A stretch of DNA of 64,000 bases, taken from NCBI RefSeq assembly GCF_009914755.1, contig NC_060948.1; one strand, given 5' to 3'. Origin of the DNA: the human T2T-CHM13v2.0 reference genome, Homo sapiens. Of this stretch, positions 27,401 through 41,500 are shown piece after piece. Made by a program: the position numbers and the translations under genes. Under the pieces are notes generated by a model, which searched no databases, had not been told where the DNA came from, and saw nothing but the letters and a program-made list of their open reading frames with translations. Within the stretch, counting starts at the first letter, position 1; every line of letters starts with the position of its first letter.

Positions 27401-28573
27401 ATGGACACGAATGCTCAAATTGAATGGACTCGAATGGAATGGAAACGAAAGGAATGTCATCGAATGGAATTGAATCGATTGGAATGAAATCGCATAGAAT
27501 GGAGTGGAATCAAATGGAATTGAATCGAAAGGAAAGGAAGCGAATGGACTGAAATGAAATGGAATGGAATTGAATGGAAAGTAATGCAATGGAATAGAAT
27601 GGAACGAAATTTCACGGAATGGAATCAAACTGAATGGAATCAAATCAATGGAATCAAATCAAATGAATGGAAAGGAATTGAATGGAGTAGATTGGATTGG
27701 ATGGGATTGGAATGAAATGTACTGGAAAGGACTCGAATTTCATGAAACGGAATGGAATGAATTGGAACGGAATGGACTCGAATGGAATGGAATGACATGG
27801 AATGGCATCAAATGGAATGGCATCAAATGGAATGGAATCGAATGCAATGGAATGCTATGGAATGGAATGGAATGCATTGGAATGGAATGTCCTCTAATGG
27901 AATGGATTCGAGTGGAATGGAATCGAATATAATGGAGTCGAATGAAATGGAATTGAAAGGAATGGGATCGAATACAATGGAATATACTGGAATGTAATGT
28001 AATGAACTCGAATGTAATTGACTGGAATGGAATGTACATGAATGGAATGTAATCGAATGGAAAGTAATCCAATGGAATAGAATCTAATGCAATAAAATCG
28101 ACTCAGATAGAGTAGAATGTAATGGAATGGAGTGCAGTGCAATGGAATGGAATGGAATGGAATGCAATTGAATGGAATGGAATGGAATGGAATGGAATGG
28201 AATGGAATGGGATGGAATGGTATGGAATGGATAGTAATGGACTGGAGTGAAATGGACTGGAAAGGAATGGACTCAAATTGAAAGGGCTCGAAAGGAATGG
28301 AGTCAAATGGAATGGTCTGGAATGGAATGAACAAGAATGTAATGCAATCCAATAGAATGGAATCGAATGACATGGAATATAAAGAAATGGAATCGGAGAG
28401 AATGGAAACAAATGGAATTGAATTGAATGGAATGGAATTGAATGGTATGGGAACGAATGGAGTGAAATTGTATGCAGTAGAAGGGAATAGAATGGAATGC
28501 AAGCGAAAGGAAAGGAATGGATTGGAATGGAATGGAATTCATTGGAATGGAAGGGAATGTAGTGTAATGGACA

Positions 28574-29988
28574 GGCCTGGAATAAAGTGGAATGCTACGG
28601 TCTCGAATGGAATAAAAATGTATGGAATGGAATGCAATGAAATGGAATCGAATGTCATAGAATGTAATGGAATGCAACAAAATGGAATCCAAAATCATTG
28701 ACTGGAAAGGCTGGGTGTCGAAAGGAATTGACTCCAATGGAATGGAATCGAATGGAATGGAAGTGAATAGAATCGAACTAAATCGAATGGAATGGAATTG
28801 ATAGGAACGGAATGGAAAGGAATGCAATGATTTGGCATGGAATGGAATCGAATGGCATCGAATGGAATGGAATGGAATGCAATGGAATGGAATGTATTAG
28901 AATGTAATGAACTTTAATGGAATGTACTCGAATGGATTCGACTGGAATGGAATGTTCTGGAAGTGAATGGACTCCAATGGAATGGATTCCAAAGGAATGG
29001 AATCGTACGGAATGGAATCTAATGGAATGGAATTAAATGGAAATGAATCAAATTGAATAGCACGGAATTGAATTGAATGGAATGGAATGCAATGGAATCT
29101 AATGAAACGGAAAGGAAAGGAATGGAATGGAATGGAATGGGCTGGAATGGAAAGGAATCGAAACGAATGGAATGGAATCGAACTGAAGAGACTGGAATGG
29201 AATGCACTGGAATGGAAGGGAGTGTAATGGAAGGTTCTCGAAAAAAATGGAATCGAATGGAATGGAATTGAATGGAACGGAATAGAGTCGAATGGAATTG
29301 AATGGAATGGAATGGACTAGAGTGAAATGGAATCGAACCACAAGGAATGGACATGAATAGAATGGTCTCGAATTGAATGGAATCGTATGGAATGGCATCA
29401 AACGGAATGGAATGGACAGCCACGGAATGGAATGCACTCGAATGCAATGGAGTCGAAACTAATGGACTGGAATAGAATGGACTCGACTGGTACGGACTCC
29501 AATGGAATGGAATCGAATGGAAGGGAATCGAACGGAATGGACTCGAAGGGAAAAGACTGCAATGGAAAGGTCTCGAATGGAATGGAAATTAATGGAATGG
29601 AATGGAATCGAATGAAATGGAGTCAAAAGGAATGGAATCGAATGGCAAGAAATCGAATGTAATGGAATCACAAGGAATTGATGTGAACGGAACGGAATGG
29701 AATGGAATCCAAAGGAATGGAATAGAATGGAATGGAATCGAATGGAAAGGACTCGAATGGAAATCACTCGAATAGAATGCAATTTAATAAAATAGGATAA
29801 AATGTAATGGAATGGAATGGAAGGGAATCGAAACGAAAGGAATGGAGACAGATGGAATGGAATGGAACAGAGAGCAATGGTATAGAATGGAATGGAATCA
29901 TCTGGAATGGAATTGAATGGAATGGAATAATATGAAATGGAATGGAATGGAATTCATTGGAATGGAAGGGAATGTAGTGTAATGGACA
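28574..29988 (+). repeat. Truncated 1415-bp DYZ1 unit (type C), copy 1
   Basis: Runs from GGCC 28574 to GGCC 29989. The junction reads TAATATGAAA-TGGAATGGAATGGAAT-TCATTGG, with the shared tract at 29938-29953. Confidence 0.92.
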
Positions 29989-32900
29989 GGCCTGGAATAA
30001 AGTGGAATGCTACGGTCTCGAATGGAATAAAAATGTATGGAATGGAATGCAATGAAACGGAATCGAATGTCATAGAATGTAATGGAATGCAAAAAAATGG
30101 AATCCAAAATCATTGACTGGAAAGGCTGGGTGTCGAAAGGAATTGACTCCAATGGAATGGAATCAAATGGAATGGAAGTGAATAGAATCGAACTAAATCG
30201 AATGGAATGGAATTGATAGGAACGGAATGGAAAGGAATGCAATGATTTGGCATGGAATGGAATCGAATGGCATCGAATGGAATGGAATGGAATGCAATGG
30301 AATGGAATGTATTAGAATGTAATGAACTTTAATGGAATGTACTCGAATGGATTCGACTGGAATGGAATGTTCTGGAAGTGAATGGACTCCAATGGAATGG
30401 ATTCAAAAGGAATGGAATCGTACAGAATGGAATCTAATGGAATGGAATTAAATGGAAATGAATCAAATTGAATAGCACGGAATTGAATTGAATGAAATGG
30501 AATGCAATGGAATCTAATGAAACGGAAAGGAAAGGAATGGAATGGAATGGAATGGGCTGGAATGGAAAGGAATCGAAACGAATGGAATGGAATCGAACTG
30601 AAGAGACTGGAATGGAATGCACTGGAATGGAAGGGAGTGTAATGGAAGGTTCTCGAAAAAAATGGAATCGAATGGAATGCAATTGAATGGAACGGAATAG
30701 AGTCGAATGGAATTGAATGGAATGGAATGGACTAGAGTGAAATGGAATCGAACCACAAGGAATGGACAGGAATAGAATGGTCTCGAATTGAATGGAATCG
30801 TATGGAATGGCATCAAACGGAATGGAATGGACAGCCACGGAATGGAATGCACTCGAATGCAATGGAGTCGAAACTAATGGACTGGAATAGAATGGACTCG
30901 ACTGGTACGGACTCCAATGGAATGGAATCGAATGGAAGGGAATCGAACGGAATGGACTCGAAGGGAAAAGACTGCAATGGAAAGGTCTCGAATGGAATGG
31001 AAATTAATGGAATGGAATGGAATCGAATGAAATGGAGTCAAAAGTAATGGAATCGAATGGCAAGAAATCGAATGTAATGGAATCGCAAGGAATTGATGTG
31101 AACGGAACGGAATGGAATGGAATCCAAAGGAATGGAATAGAATGGAATGGAATCGAATGGAAAGGACTCGAATGGAAATCACTCGAATAGAATGCAATTT
31201 AATAAAATAGGATCAAATGTAATGGAATGGAATGGAAAGGAATCGAAACGAAAGGAATGGAGACAGATGGAATGGAATGGAACAGAGAGCAATGGTATAG
31301 AATGGAATGGAATCATCTGGAATGGAATTGAATGGAATGGAATAATATGAAATGGAATGGAATGGAATGGAATGGAATGGAATGGAATGCCCTTGAATTA
31401 AATGGACTGGAATGGAATGGACTCAAACAGAGTGGAATGGAAAGTGTTGAGATAGAATGGAATGGACTCCTTTGGAATGGTCTAGTATGCAATGCAATCG
31501 ACTGGTAGGGAATCAAAAGGAATGTAATCGAATGGATTGGACTGGAATGCAATGGACTCGAATAGATTGGAAACGGAATGCAAAGGAATGGAATGGAATA
31601 GTATGGAATGGAATGGAAAGGAATGGAGTGGAATAGACTAGAGTGGAATGGAATGGACTGGAAAGCAATGGACTGGAATGGAACTTTCTTGAATGGACTG
31701 GAATCAAACGGAATGGAATGCAATGCAATCAAATGGCATGGAATAAAATAGAATGAAAGAGAATCAAATGGAATTGAATCGAATGGAATCGAATGGATTG
31801 GAAAGGAATAGAATGGAATGGAATGGAATTGACTCAAATGGAATGGACTAGAATGGAATGGATTCGAATGGAAGGCAAAGGAATGGAATCTATTGGAATG
31901 GACTGTAATGGAATGGAATGGAAGGGATTGGAATGGACTCGAATGGAATGGACTGCAATAGAAAGGATTCGAATGGAATGAAAAAGAATTGAATGGAATA
32001 GAACAGAATGGAATCAAATCGAATGAAATGGAATGGAATAGAAAGGAATGGAATGAAATGGAATGGAAAGGATTCGAATGGAATGCAATCGAATGGAATG
32101 GAATCGAACGGAATGGAATAAAATGGAAGAAAACTGGCAAGAAATGGAATCGAAATGAATGGAGTGTTATGGAACGGACTCAAAAGGAATTGAATGTAAT
32201 AGAATGGAGTGGAGTGGACTCGAATATAATGGACTGGAATGGAATGAAATCACATGGAATGGGAACGAATGGAATGGAATGGAAAGGAATGGAATCGAAT
32301 GGAAAGGAATCGAATGGAAGGGAATGAAATTGAATCAACAGGAATGGAAGGGAATAGAATAGACGGTAATGGAATGGACTCGAATAGAATGGACACGAAT
32401 GCTCAATTTGAATGGACTCGAATGGAATGGAAACGAAAGGAATGTCATCGAATGGAATTGAATCGATTGGAATGAAATCGCATAGAATGGAGTGGAATCA
32501 AATGGAATTGAATCGAAAGGAAAGGAAGCGAATGGACTGAAATGAAATGGAATGGAATTGAATGGAAAGTAATGCAATGGAATAGAATGGAACGAAATTT
32601 CACGGAATGGAATCAAACTGAATGGAATCAAATCAATGGAATCTAATCAAATGGAATGGAAAGGAATTGAATGGAGTAGATTGGATTGGATGGGATTGGA
32701 ATGAAATGTACTGGAAAGGACTCGAATTTCATGAAACGGAATGGAATGAATTGGAACGGAATGGACTCGAATGGAATGGAATGTCATGGAATGGCATCAA
32801 ATGGAATGGCATCAAATGGAATGGAATCGAATGCAATGGAATGTTATGGAATGGAATGGAATGCATTGGAATGGAATGTCCTCTAATGGAATGGATTCGA

Positions 32901-35900
32901 GTGGAATGGAATCGAATATAATGGAGTCGAATGAAATGGAATTGAAAGGAATGGGATCGAATCGAATGGAATATACTGGAATGTAATGTAATGAACTCGA
33001 ATGTAATTGACTGGAATGGAATGTACATGAATGGAAGGTAATCGAATGGAAAGTAATCCAATGGAATAGAATCTAATGCAATAAAATCGACTCAGATAGA
33101 GTAGAATGTAATGGAATGGAGTGCAGTGCAATGGAATGGAATGGAATTGAATGCAATGGAATGGAATGGAATGGAATGGAATGGAATGGAATGGAATGGA
33201 ATGGGATGGAATGGTATGGAATGGATAGTAATGGACTGGAGTGAAATGGACAGGAAAGGAATGGACTCAAATTGAAAGGGCTCGAAAGGAATGGAGTCAA
33301 ATGGAATGGTCTGGAATGGAATGAACACGAATGTAATGCAATCCAATAGAATGGAATCGAATGGCATGGAATATAAAGAAATGGATTCGAAGAGAATGGA
33401 AACAAATGGAATGGAATTGAATGGAATGGAATTGAATGGAATGGGAACGAATGGAGTGAAATTGTATGCAGTAGAAGGGAATAGAATGGAATGCAAGCGA
33501 AAGGAAAGGAATGGATTGGAATGGAATGGAATTCATTGGAATGGAAGGGAATGTAGTGTAATGGACAGGCCTGGAATAAAGTGGAATGCTACGGTCTCGA
33601 ATGGAATAAAAATGTATGGAATGGAATGCAATGAAACGGAATCGAATGTCATAGAATGTAATGGAATGCAACAAAATGGAATCCAAAATCATTGACTGGA
33701 AAGGCTGGGTGTCGAAAGGAATTGACTCCAATGGAATGGAATCGAATGGAATGGAAGTGAATAGAATCGAACTAAATCGAATGCAATGGAATTGATAGGA
33801 ACGGAGTGGAAAGGAATGCAATGATTTGGCATGGAATGGAATCGAATGGCATCGAATGGAATGGAATGGAATGCAATGGAATGGAATGTATTAGAATGTA
33901 ATGAACTTTAATGGAACATACTCGAATGGATTCGACTGGAATGGAATGTTCTGGAAGTGAATGGACTCCAATGGAATGGATTCAAAAGGAATGGAATTGT
34001 ACGGAATGGAATCTAATGGAATGGAATTAAATGGAAATGAATCAAATTGAATAGCACGGAATTGAATTGAATGGAATGGAATGCAATGGAATCTAATGAA
34101 ACGGAAAGGAAAGGAATGGAATGGAATGGAATGGGCTGGAATGGAAAGGAATCGAAACGAATGGAATGGAATCGAACTGAAGAGACTGGAATGGAATGCA
34201 CTGGAATGGAAGGGAGTGTAATGGAAGGTTCTCGAAAAAAATGGAATCGAATGGAATGGAATTGAATGGAACGGAATAGAGTCGAATGGAATTGAATGGA
34301 ATGGAATGGACTAGAGTGAAATGGAATCGAACCACAAGGAATGGACAGGAATAGAATGGTCTCGAATTGAATGGAATCGTATGGAATGGCATCAAACGGA
34401 ATGGAATGGACAGCCACGGAATGGAATGCACTCGAATGCAATGGAGTCGAAACTAATGGACTGGAATAGAATGGACTCGACTGGTACGGACTCCAATGGA
34501 ATGGAATCGAATGGAAGGGAATCGAACGGAATGGACTCGAAGGGAAAAGACTGCAATGGAAAGGTCTCGAATGGAATGGAAATTAATGGAATGGAATGGA
34601 ATCGAATGAAATGGAGTCAAAAGGAATGGAATCGAATGGCAAGAAATCGAATGTAATGGAATCGCCAGGAATTGATGTGAACGGAACGGAATGGAATGGA
34701 ATCCAAAGGAATGGAATAGAATGGAATGGAATCGAATGGAAAGGACTCGAATGGAAATCACTCGAATAGAATGCAATTTAATAAAATAGGATCAAATGTA
34801 ATGGAATGGAATGGAAAGGAATCGAAACGAAAGGAATGGAGACAGATGGAATGGAATAGAACAGCGAGCAATGGTATAGAATGGAATGGAATCATCTGGA
34901 ATGGAATTGAATGGAATGGAATAATATGAAATGGAATGGAATGGAATGGAATGGAATGGAATGCCCTTGAATTAAATGGACTGGAATGGAATGGACTCGA
35001 ACAGAGTGGAATGGAAAGTGTTGAGATAGAATGGAATGGACTCCTTTGGAATGGTGTAGTATGCAATGCAATCGACTGGCAGGGAATCAAATGGAATGTA
35101 ATCGAATGGATTGGACTGGAATGCAATGGACTCGAATAGATTGCAAACGGAATGCAAAGGAATGGAATGGAATAGTATGGAATGGAATGGAAAGGAATGG
35201 AGTGGAATAGACTAGAGTGGAATGGAATGGACTGGAAAGCAATGGACTGGAATGGAACTTTCTTGAATGGACTGGAATCAAACGGAATGGAATGCAATGC
35301 AATCAAATGGCATGGAATAAAATAGAATGAAAGAGAATCAAATGGAATTGAATCGAATGGAATCGAATGGATTGGAAAGGAATAGAATGGAATGGAATGG
35401 AATGGACTCAAATGGAATGGACTAGAATGGAATGGATTCGAATGGAAGGCAAAGGAATGGAATCTATTGGAATGGACTGTAATGGAATGGAATGGAAGGG
35501 ATTGGAATGGACTCGAATGGAATGGACTGCAATAGAAAGGATTCGAATGGAATGAAAAAGAATTGAATGGAATAGAACAGAATGGAATCAAATCGAATGA
35601 AATGGAATGGAATAGAAAGGAATGGAATGAAATGGAATGGAAAGGATTCGAATGGAATGCAATCGAATGGAATGGAATCGAACGGAATGGAATAAAATGG
35701 AAGAAAACTGGCAAGAAATGGAATCGAAATGAATGGAGTGTTATGGAACGGACTCAAAAGGAATTGAATGTAATAGAATGGAGTGGAGTGGACTCGAATA
35801 TAATGGACTGGAATGGAATGAAATCACATGGAATGGGAACGAATGGAATGGAATGGAAAGGAATGGAATCGAATGGAAAGGAATCGAATGGAAGGGAATG

Positions 35901-37135
35901 AAATTGAATCAACAGGAATGGAAGGGAATAGAATAGACGGCAATGGAATGGACTCGAATAGAATGGACACGAATGCTCAAATTGAATGGACTCGAATGGA
36001 ATGGAAACGAAAGGAATGTCATCGAATGGAATTGAATCGATTGGAATGAAATCGCATAGAATGGAGTGGAATCAAATGGAATTGAATCGAAAGGAAAGGA
36101 AGCGAATGGACTGAAATGAAATGGAATGGAATTGAATGGAAAGTAATGCAATGGAATAGAATGGAACGAAATTTCACGGAATGGAATCAAACTGAATGGA
36201 ATCAAATCAATGGAATCAAATCAAATGAATGGAAAGGAATTGAATGGAGTAGATTGGATTGGATGGGATTGGAATGAAATGTACTGGAAAGGACTCGAAT
36301 TTCATGAAACGGAATGGAATGAATTGGAACGGAATGGACTCGAATGGAATGGAATGACATGGAATGGCATCAAATGGAATGGCATCAAATGGAATGGAAT
36401 CGAATGCAATGGAATGCTATGGAAGGGAATGGAATGCATTGGAATGGAATGTCCTCTAATGGAATGGATTCGAGTGGAATGGAATCGAATATAATGGAGT
36501 CGAATGAAATGGAATTGAAAGGAATGGGATCGAATACAATGGAATATACTGGAATGTAATGTAATGAACTCGAATGTAATTGACTGGAATGGAATGTACA
36601 TGAATGGAATGTAATCGAATGGAAAGTAATCCAATGGAATAGAATCTAATGCAATAAAATCGACTCAGATAGAGTAGAATGTAATGGAATGGAGTGCAGT
36701 GCAATGGAATGGAATGGAATGGAATGCAATTGAATGGAATGGAATGGAATGGAATGGAATGGAATGGAATGGGATGGAATGGTATGGAATGGATAGTAAT
36801 GGACTGGAGTGAAATGGACTGGAAAGGAATGGACTCAAATTGAAAGGGCTCGAAAGGAATGGAGTCAAATGGAATGGTCTGGAATGGAATGAACAAGAAT
36901 GTAATGCAATCCAATAGAATGGAATCGAATGACATGGAATATAAAGAAATGGAATCGGAGAGAATGGAAACAAATGGAATTGAATTGAATGGAATGGAAT
37001 TGAATGGTATGGGAACGAATGGAGTGAAATTGTATGCAGTAGAAGGGAATAGAATGGAATGCAAGCGAAAGGAAAGGAATGGATTGGAATGGAATGGAAT
37101 TCATTGGAATGGAAGGGAATGTAGTGTAATGGACA

Positions 37136-38550
37136 GGCCTGGAATAAAGTGGAATGCTACGGTCTCGAATGGAATAAAAATGTATGGAATGGAATGCAAT
37201 GAAATGGAATCGAATGTCATAGAATGTAATGGAATGCAACAAAATGGAATCCAAAATCATTGACTGGAAAGGCTGGGTGTCGAAAGGAATTGACTCCAAT
37301 GGAATGGAATCGAATGGAATGGAAGTGAATAGAATCGAACTAAATCGAATGGAATGGAATTGATAGGAACGGAATGGAAAGGAATGCAATGATTTGGCAT
37401 GGAATGGAATCGAATGGCATCGAATGGAATGGAATGGAATGCAATGGAATGGAATGTATTAGAATGTAATGAACTTTAATGGAATGTACTCGAATGGATT
37501 CGACTGGAATGGAATGTTCTGGAAGTGAATGGACTCCAATGGAATGGATTCCAAAGGAATGGAATCGTACGGAATGGAATCTAATGGAATGGAATTAAAT
37601 GGAAATGAATCAAATTGAATAGCACGGAATTGAATTGAATGGAATGGAATGCAATGGAATCTAATGAAACGGAAAGGAAAGGAATGGAATGGAATGGAAT
37701 GGGCTGGAATGGAAAGGAATCGAAACGAATGGAATGGAATCGAACTGAAGAGACTGGAATGGAATGCACTGGAATGGAAGGGAGTGTAATGGAAGGTTCT
37801 CGAAAAAAATGGAATCGAATGGAATGGAATTGAATGGAACGGAATAGAGTCGAATGGAATTGAATGGAATGGAATGGACTAGAGTGAAATGGAATCGAAC
37901 CACAAGGAATGGACATGAATAGAATGGTCTCGAATTGAATGGAATCGTATGGAATGGCATCAAACGGAATGGAATGGACAGCCACGGAATGGAATGCACT
38001 CGAATGCAATGGAGTCGAAACTAATGGACTGGAATAGAATGGACTCGACTGGTACGGACTCCAATGGAATGGAATCGAATGGAAGGGAATCGAACGGAAT
38101 GGACTCGAAGGGAAAAGACTGCAATGGAAAGGTCTCGAATGGAATGGAAATTAATGGAATGGAATGGAATCGAATGAAATGGAGTCAAAAGGAATGGAAT
38201 CGAATGGCAAGAAATCGAATGTAATGGAATCACAAGGAATTGATGTGAACGGAACGGAATGGAATGGAATCCAAAGGAATGGAATAGAATGGAATGGAAT
38301 CGAATGGAAAGGACTCGAATGGAAATCACTCGAATTGAATGCAATTTAATAAAATAGGATAAAATGTAATGGAATGGAATGGAAGGGAATCGAAACGAAA
38401 GGAATGGAGACAGATGGAATGGAATGGAACAGAGAGCAATGGTATAGAATGGAATGGAATCATCTGGAATGGAATTGAATGGAATGGAATAATATGAAAT
38501 GGAATGGAATGGAATTCATTGGAATGGAAGGGAATGTAGTGTAATGGACA
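37136..38550 (+). repeat. Truncated 1415-bp DYZ1 unit (type C), copy 2
   Basis: Runs from GGCC 37136 to GGCC 38551, with the same junction at 38500-38515. Confidence 0.92.
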
Positions 38551-41500
38551 GGCCTGGAATAAAGTGGAATGCTACGGTCTCGAATGGAATAAAAATGTAT
38601 GGAATGGAATGCAATGAAACGGAATCGAATGTCATAGAATGTAATGGAATGCAAAAAAATGGAATCCAAAATCATTGACTGGAAAGGCTGGGTGTCGAAA
38701 GGAATTGACTCCAATGGAATGGAATCAAATGGAATGGAAGTGAATAGAATCGAACTAAATCGAATGGAATGGAATTGATAGGAACGGAATGGAAAGGAAT
38801 GCAATGATTTGGCATGGAATGGAATCGAATGGCATCGAATGGAATGGAATGGAATGCAATGGAATGGAATGTATTAGAATGTAATGAACTTTAATGGAAT
38901 GTACTCGAATGGATTCGACTGGAATGGAATGTTCTGGAAGTGAATGGACTCCAATGGAATGGATTCAAAAGGAATGGAATCGTACAGAATGGAATCTAAT
39001 GGAATGGAATTAAATGGAAATGAATCAAATTGAATAGCACGGAATTGAATTGAATGAAATGGAATGCAATGGAATCTAATGAAACGGAAAGGAAAGGAAT
39101 GGAATGGAATGGAATGGGCTGGAATGGAAAGGAATCGAAACGAATGGAATGGAATCGAACTGAAGAGACTGGAATGGAATGCACTGGAATGGAAGGGAGT
39201 GTAATGGAAGGTTCTCGAAAAAAATGGAATCGAATGGAATGCAATTGAATGGAACGGAATAGAGTCGAATGGAATTGAATGGAATGGAATGGACTAGAGT
39301 GAAATGGAATCGAACCACAAGGAATGGACAGGAATAGAATGGTCTCGAATTGAATGGAATCGTATGGAATGGCATCAAACGGAATGGAATGGACAGCCAC
39401 GGAATGGAATGCACTCGAATGCAATGGAGTCGAAACTAATGGACTGGAATAGAATGGACTCGACTGGTACGGACTCCAATGGAATGGAATCGAATGGAAG
39501 GGAATCGAACGGAATGGACTCGAAGGGAAAAGACTGCAATGGAAAGGTCTCGAATGGAATGGAAATTAATGGAATGGAATGGAATCGAATGAAATGGAGT
39601 CAAAAGTAATGGAATCGAATGGCAAGAAATCGAATGTAATGGAATCGCAAGGAATTGATGTGAACGGAACGGAATGGAATGGAATCCAAAGGAATGGAAT
39701 AGAATGGAATGGAATCGAATGGAAAGGACTCGAATGGAAATCACTCGAATAGAATGCAATTTAATAAAATAGGATCAAATGTAATGGAATGGAATGGAAA
39801 GGAATCGAAACGAAAGGAATGGAGACAGATGGAATGGAATGGAACAGAGAGCAATGGTATAGAATGGAATGGAATCATCTGGAATGGAATTGAATGGAAT
39901 GGAATAATATGAAATGGAATGGAATGGAATGGAATGGAATGGAATGGAATGCCCTTGAATTAAATGGACTGGAATGGAATGGACTCAAACAGAGTGGAAT
40001 GGAAAGTGTTGAGATAGAATGGAATGGACTCCTTTGGAATGGTCTAGTATGCAATGCAATCGACTGGTAGGGAATCAAAAGGAATGTAATCGAATGGATT
40101 GGACTGGAATGCAATGGACTCGAATAGATTGGAAACGGAATGCAAAGGAATGGAATGGAATAGTATGGAATGGAATGGAAAGGAATGGAGTGGAATAGAC
40201 TAGAGTGGAATGGAATGGACTGGAAAGCAATGGACTGGAATGGAACTTTCTTGAATGGACTGGAATCAAACGGAATGGAATGCAATGCAATCAAATGGCA
40301 TGGAATAAAATAGAATGAAAGAGAATCAAATGGAATTGAATCGAATGGAATCGAATGGATTGGAAAGGAATAGAATGGAATGGAATGGAATTGACTCAAA
40401 TGGAATGGACTAGAATGGAATGGATTCGAATGGAAGGCAAAGGAATGGAATCTATTGGAATGGACTGTAATGGAATGGAATGGAAGGGATTGGAATGGAC
40501 TCGAATGGAATGGACTGCAATAGAAAGGATTCGAATGGAATGAAAAAGAATTGAATGGAATAGAACAGAATGGAATCAAATCGAATGAAATGGAATGGAA
40601 TAGAAAGGAATGGAATGAAATGGAATGGAAAGGATTCGAATGGAATGCAATCGAATGGAATGGAATCGAACGGAATGGAATAAAATGGAAGAAAACTGGC
40701 AAGAAATGGAATCGAAATGAATGGAGTGTTATGGAACGGACTCAAAAGGAATTGAATGTAATAGAATGGAGTGGAGTGGACTCGAATATAATGGACTGGA
40801 ATGGAATGAAATCACATGGAATGGGAACGAATGGAATGGAATGGAAAGGAATGGAATCGAATGGAAAGGAATCGAATGGAAGGGAATGAAATTGAATCAA
40901 CAGGAATGGAAGGGAATAGAATAGACGGTAATGGAATGGACTCGAATAGAATGGACACGAATGCTCAATTTGAATGGACTCGAATGGAATGGAAACGAAA
41001 GGAATGTCATCGAATGGAATTGAATCGATTGGAATGAAATCGCATAGAATGGAGTGGAATCAAATGGAATTGAATCGAAAGGAAAGGAAGCGAATGGACT
41101 GAAATGAAATGGAATGGAATTGAATGGAAAGTAATGCAATGGAATAGAATGGAACGAAATTTCACGGAATGGAATCAAACTGAATGGAATCAAATCAATG
41201 GAATCTAATCAAATGGAATGGAAAGGAATTGAATGGAGTAGATTGGATTGGATGGGATTGGAATGAAATGTACTGGAAAGGACTCGAATTTCATGAAACG
41301 GAATGGAATGAATTGGAACGGAATGGACTCGAATGGAATGGAATGTCATGGAATGGCATCAAATGGAATGGCATCAAATGGAATGGAATCGAATGCAATG
41401 GAATGTTATGGAATGGAATGGAATGCATTGGAATGGAATGTCCTCTAATGGAATGGATTCGAGTGGAATGGAATCGAATATAATGGAGTCGAATGAAATG

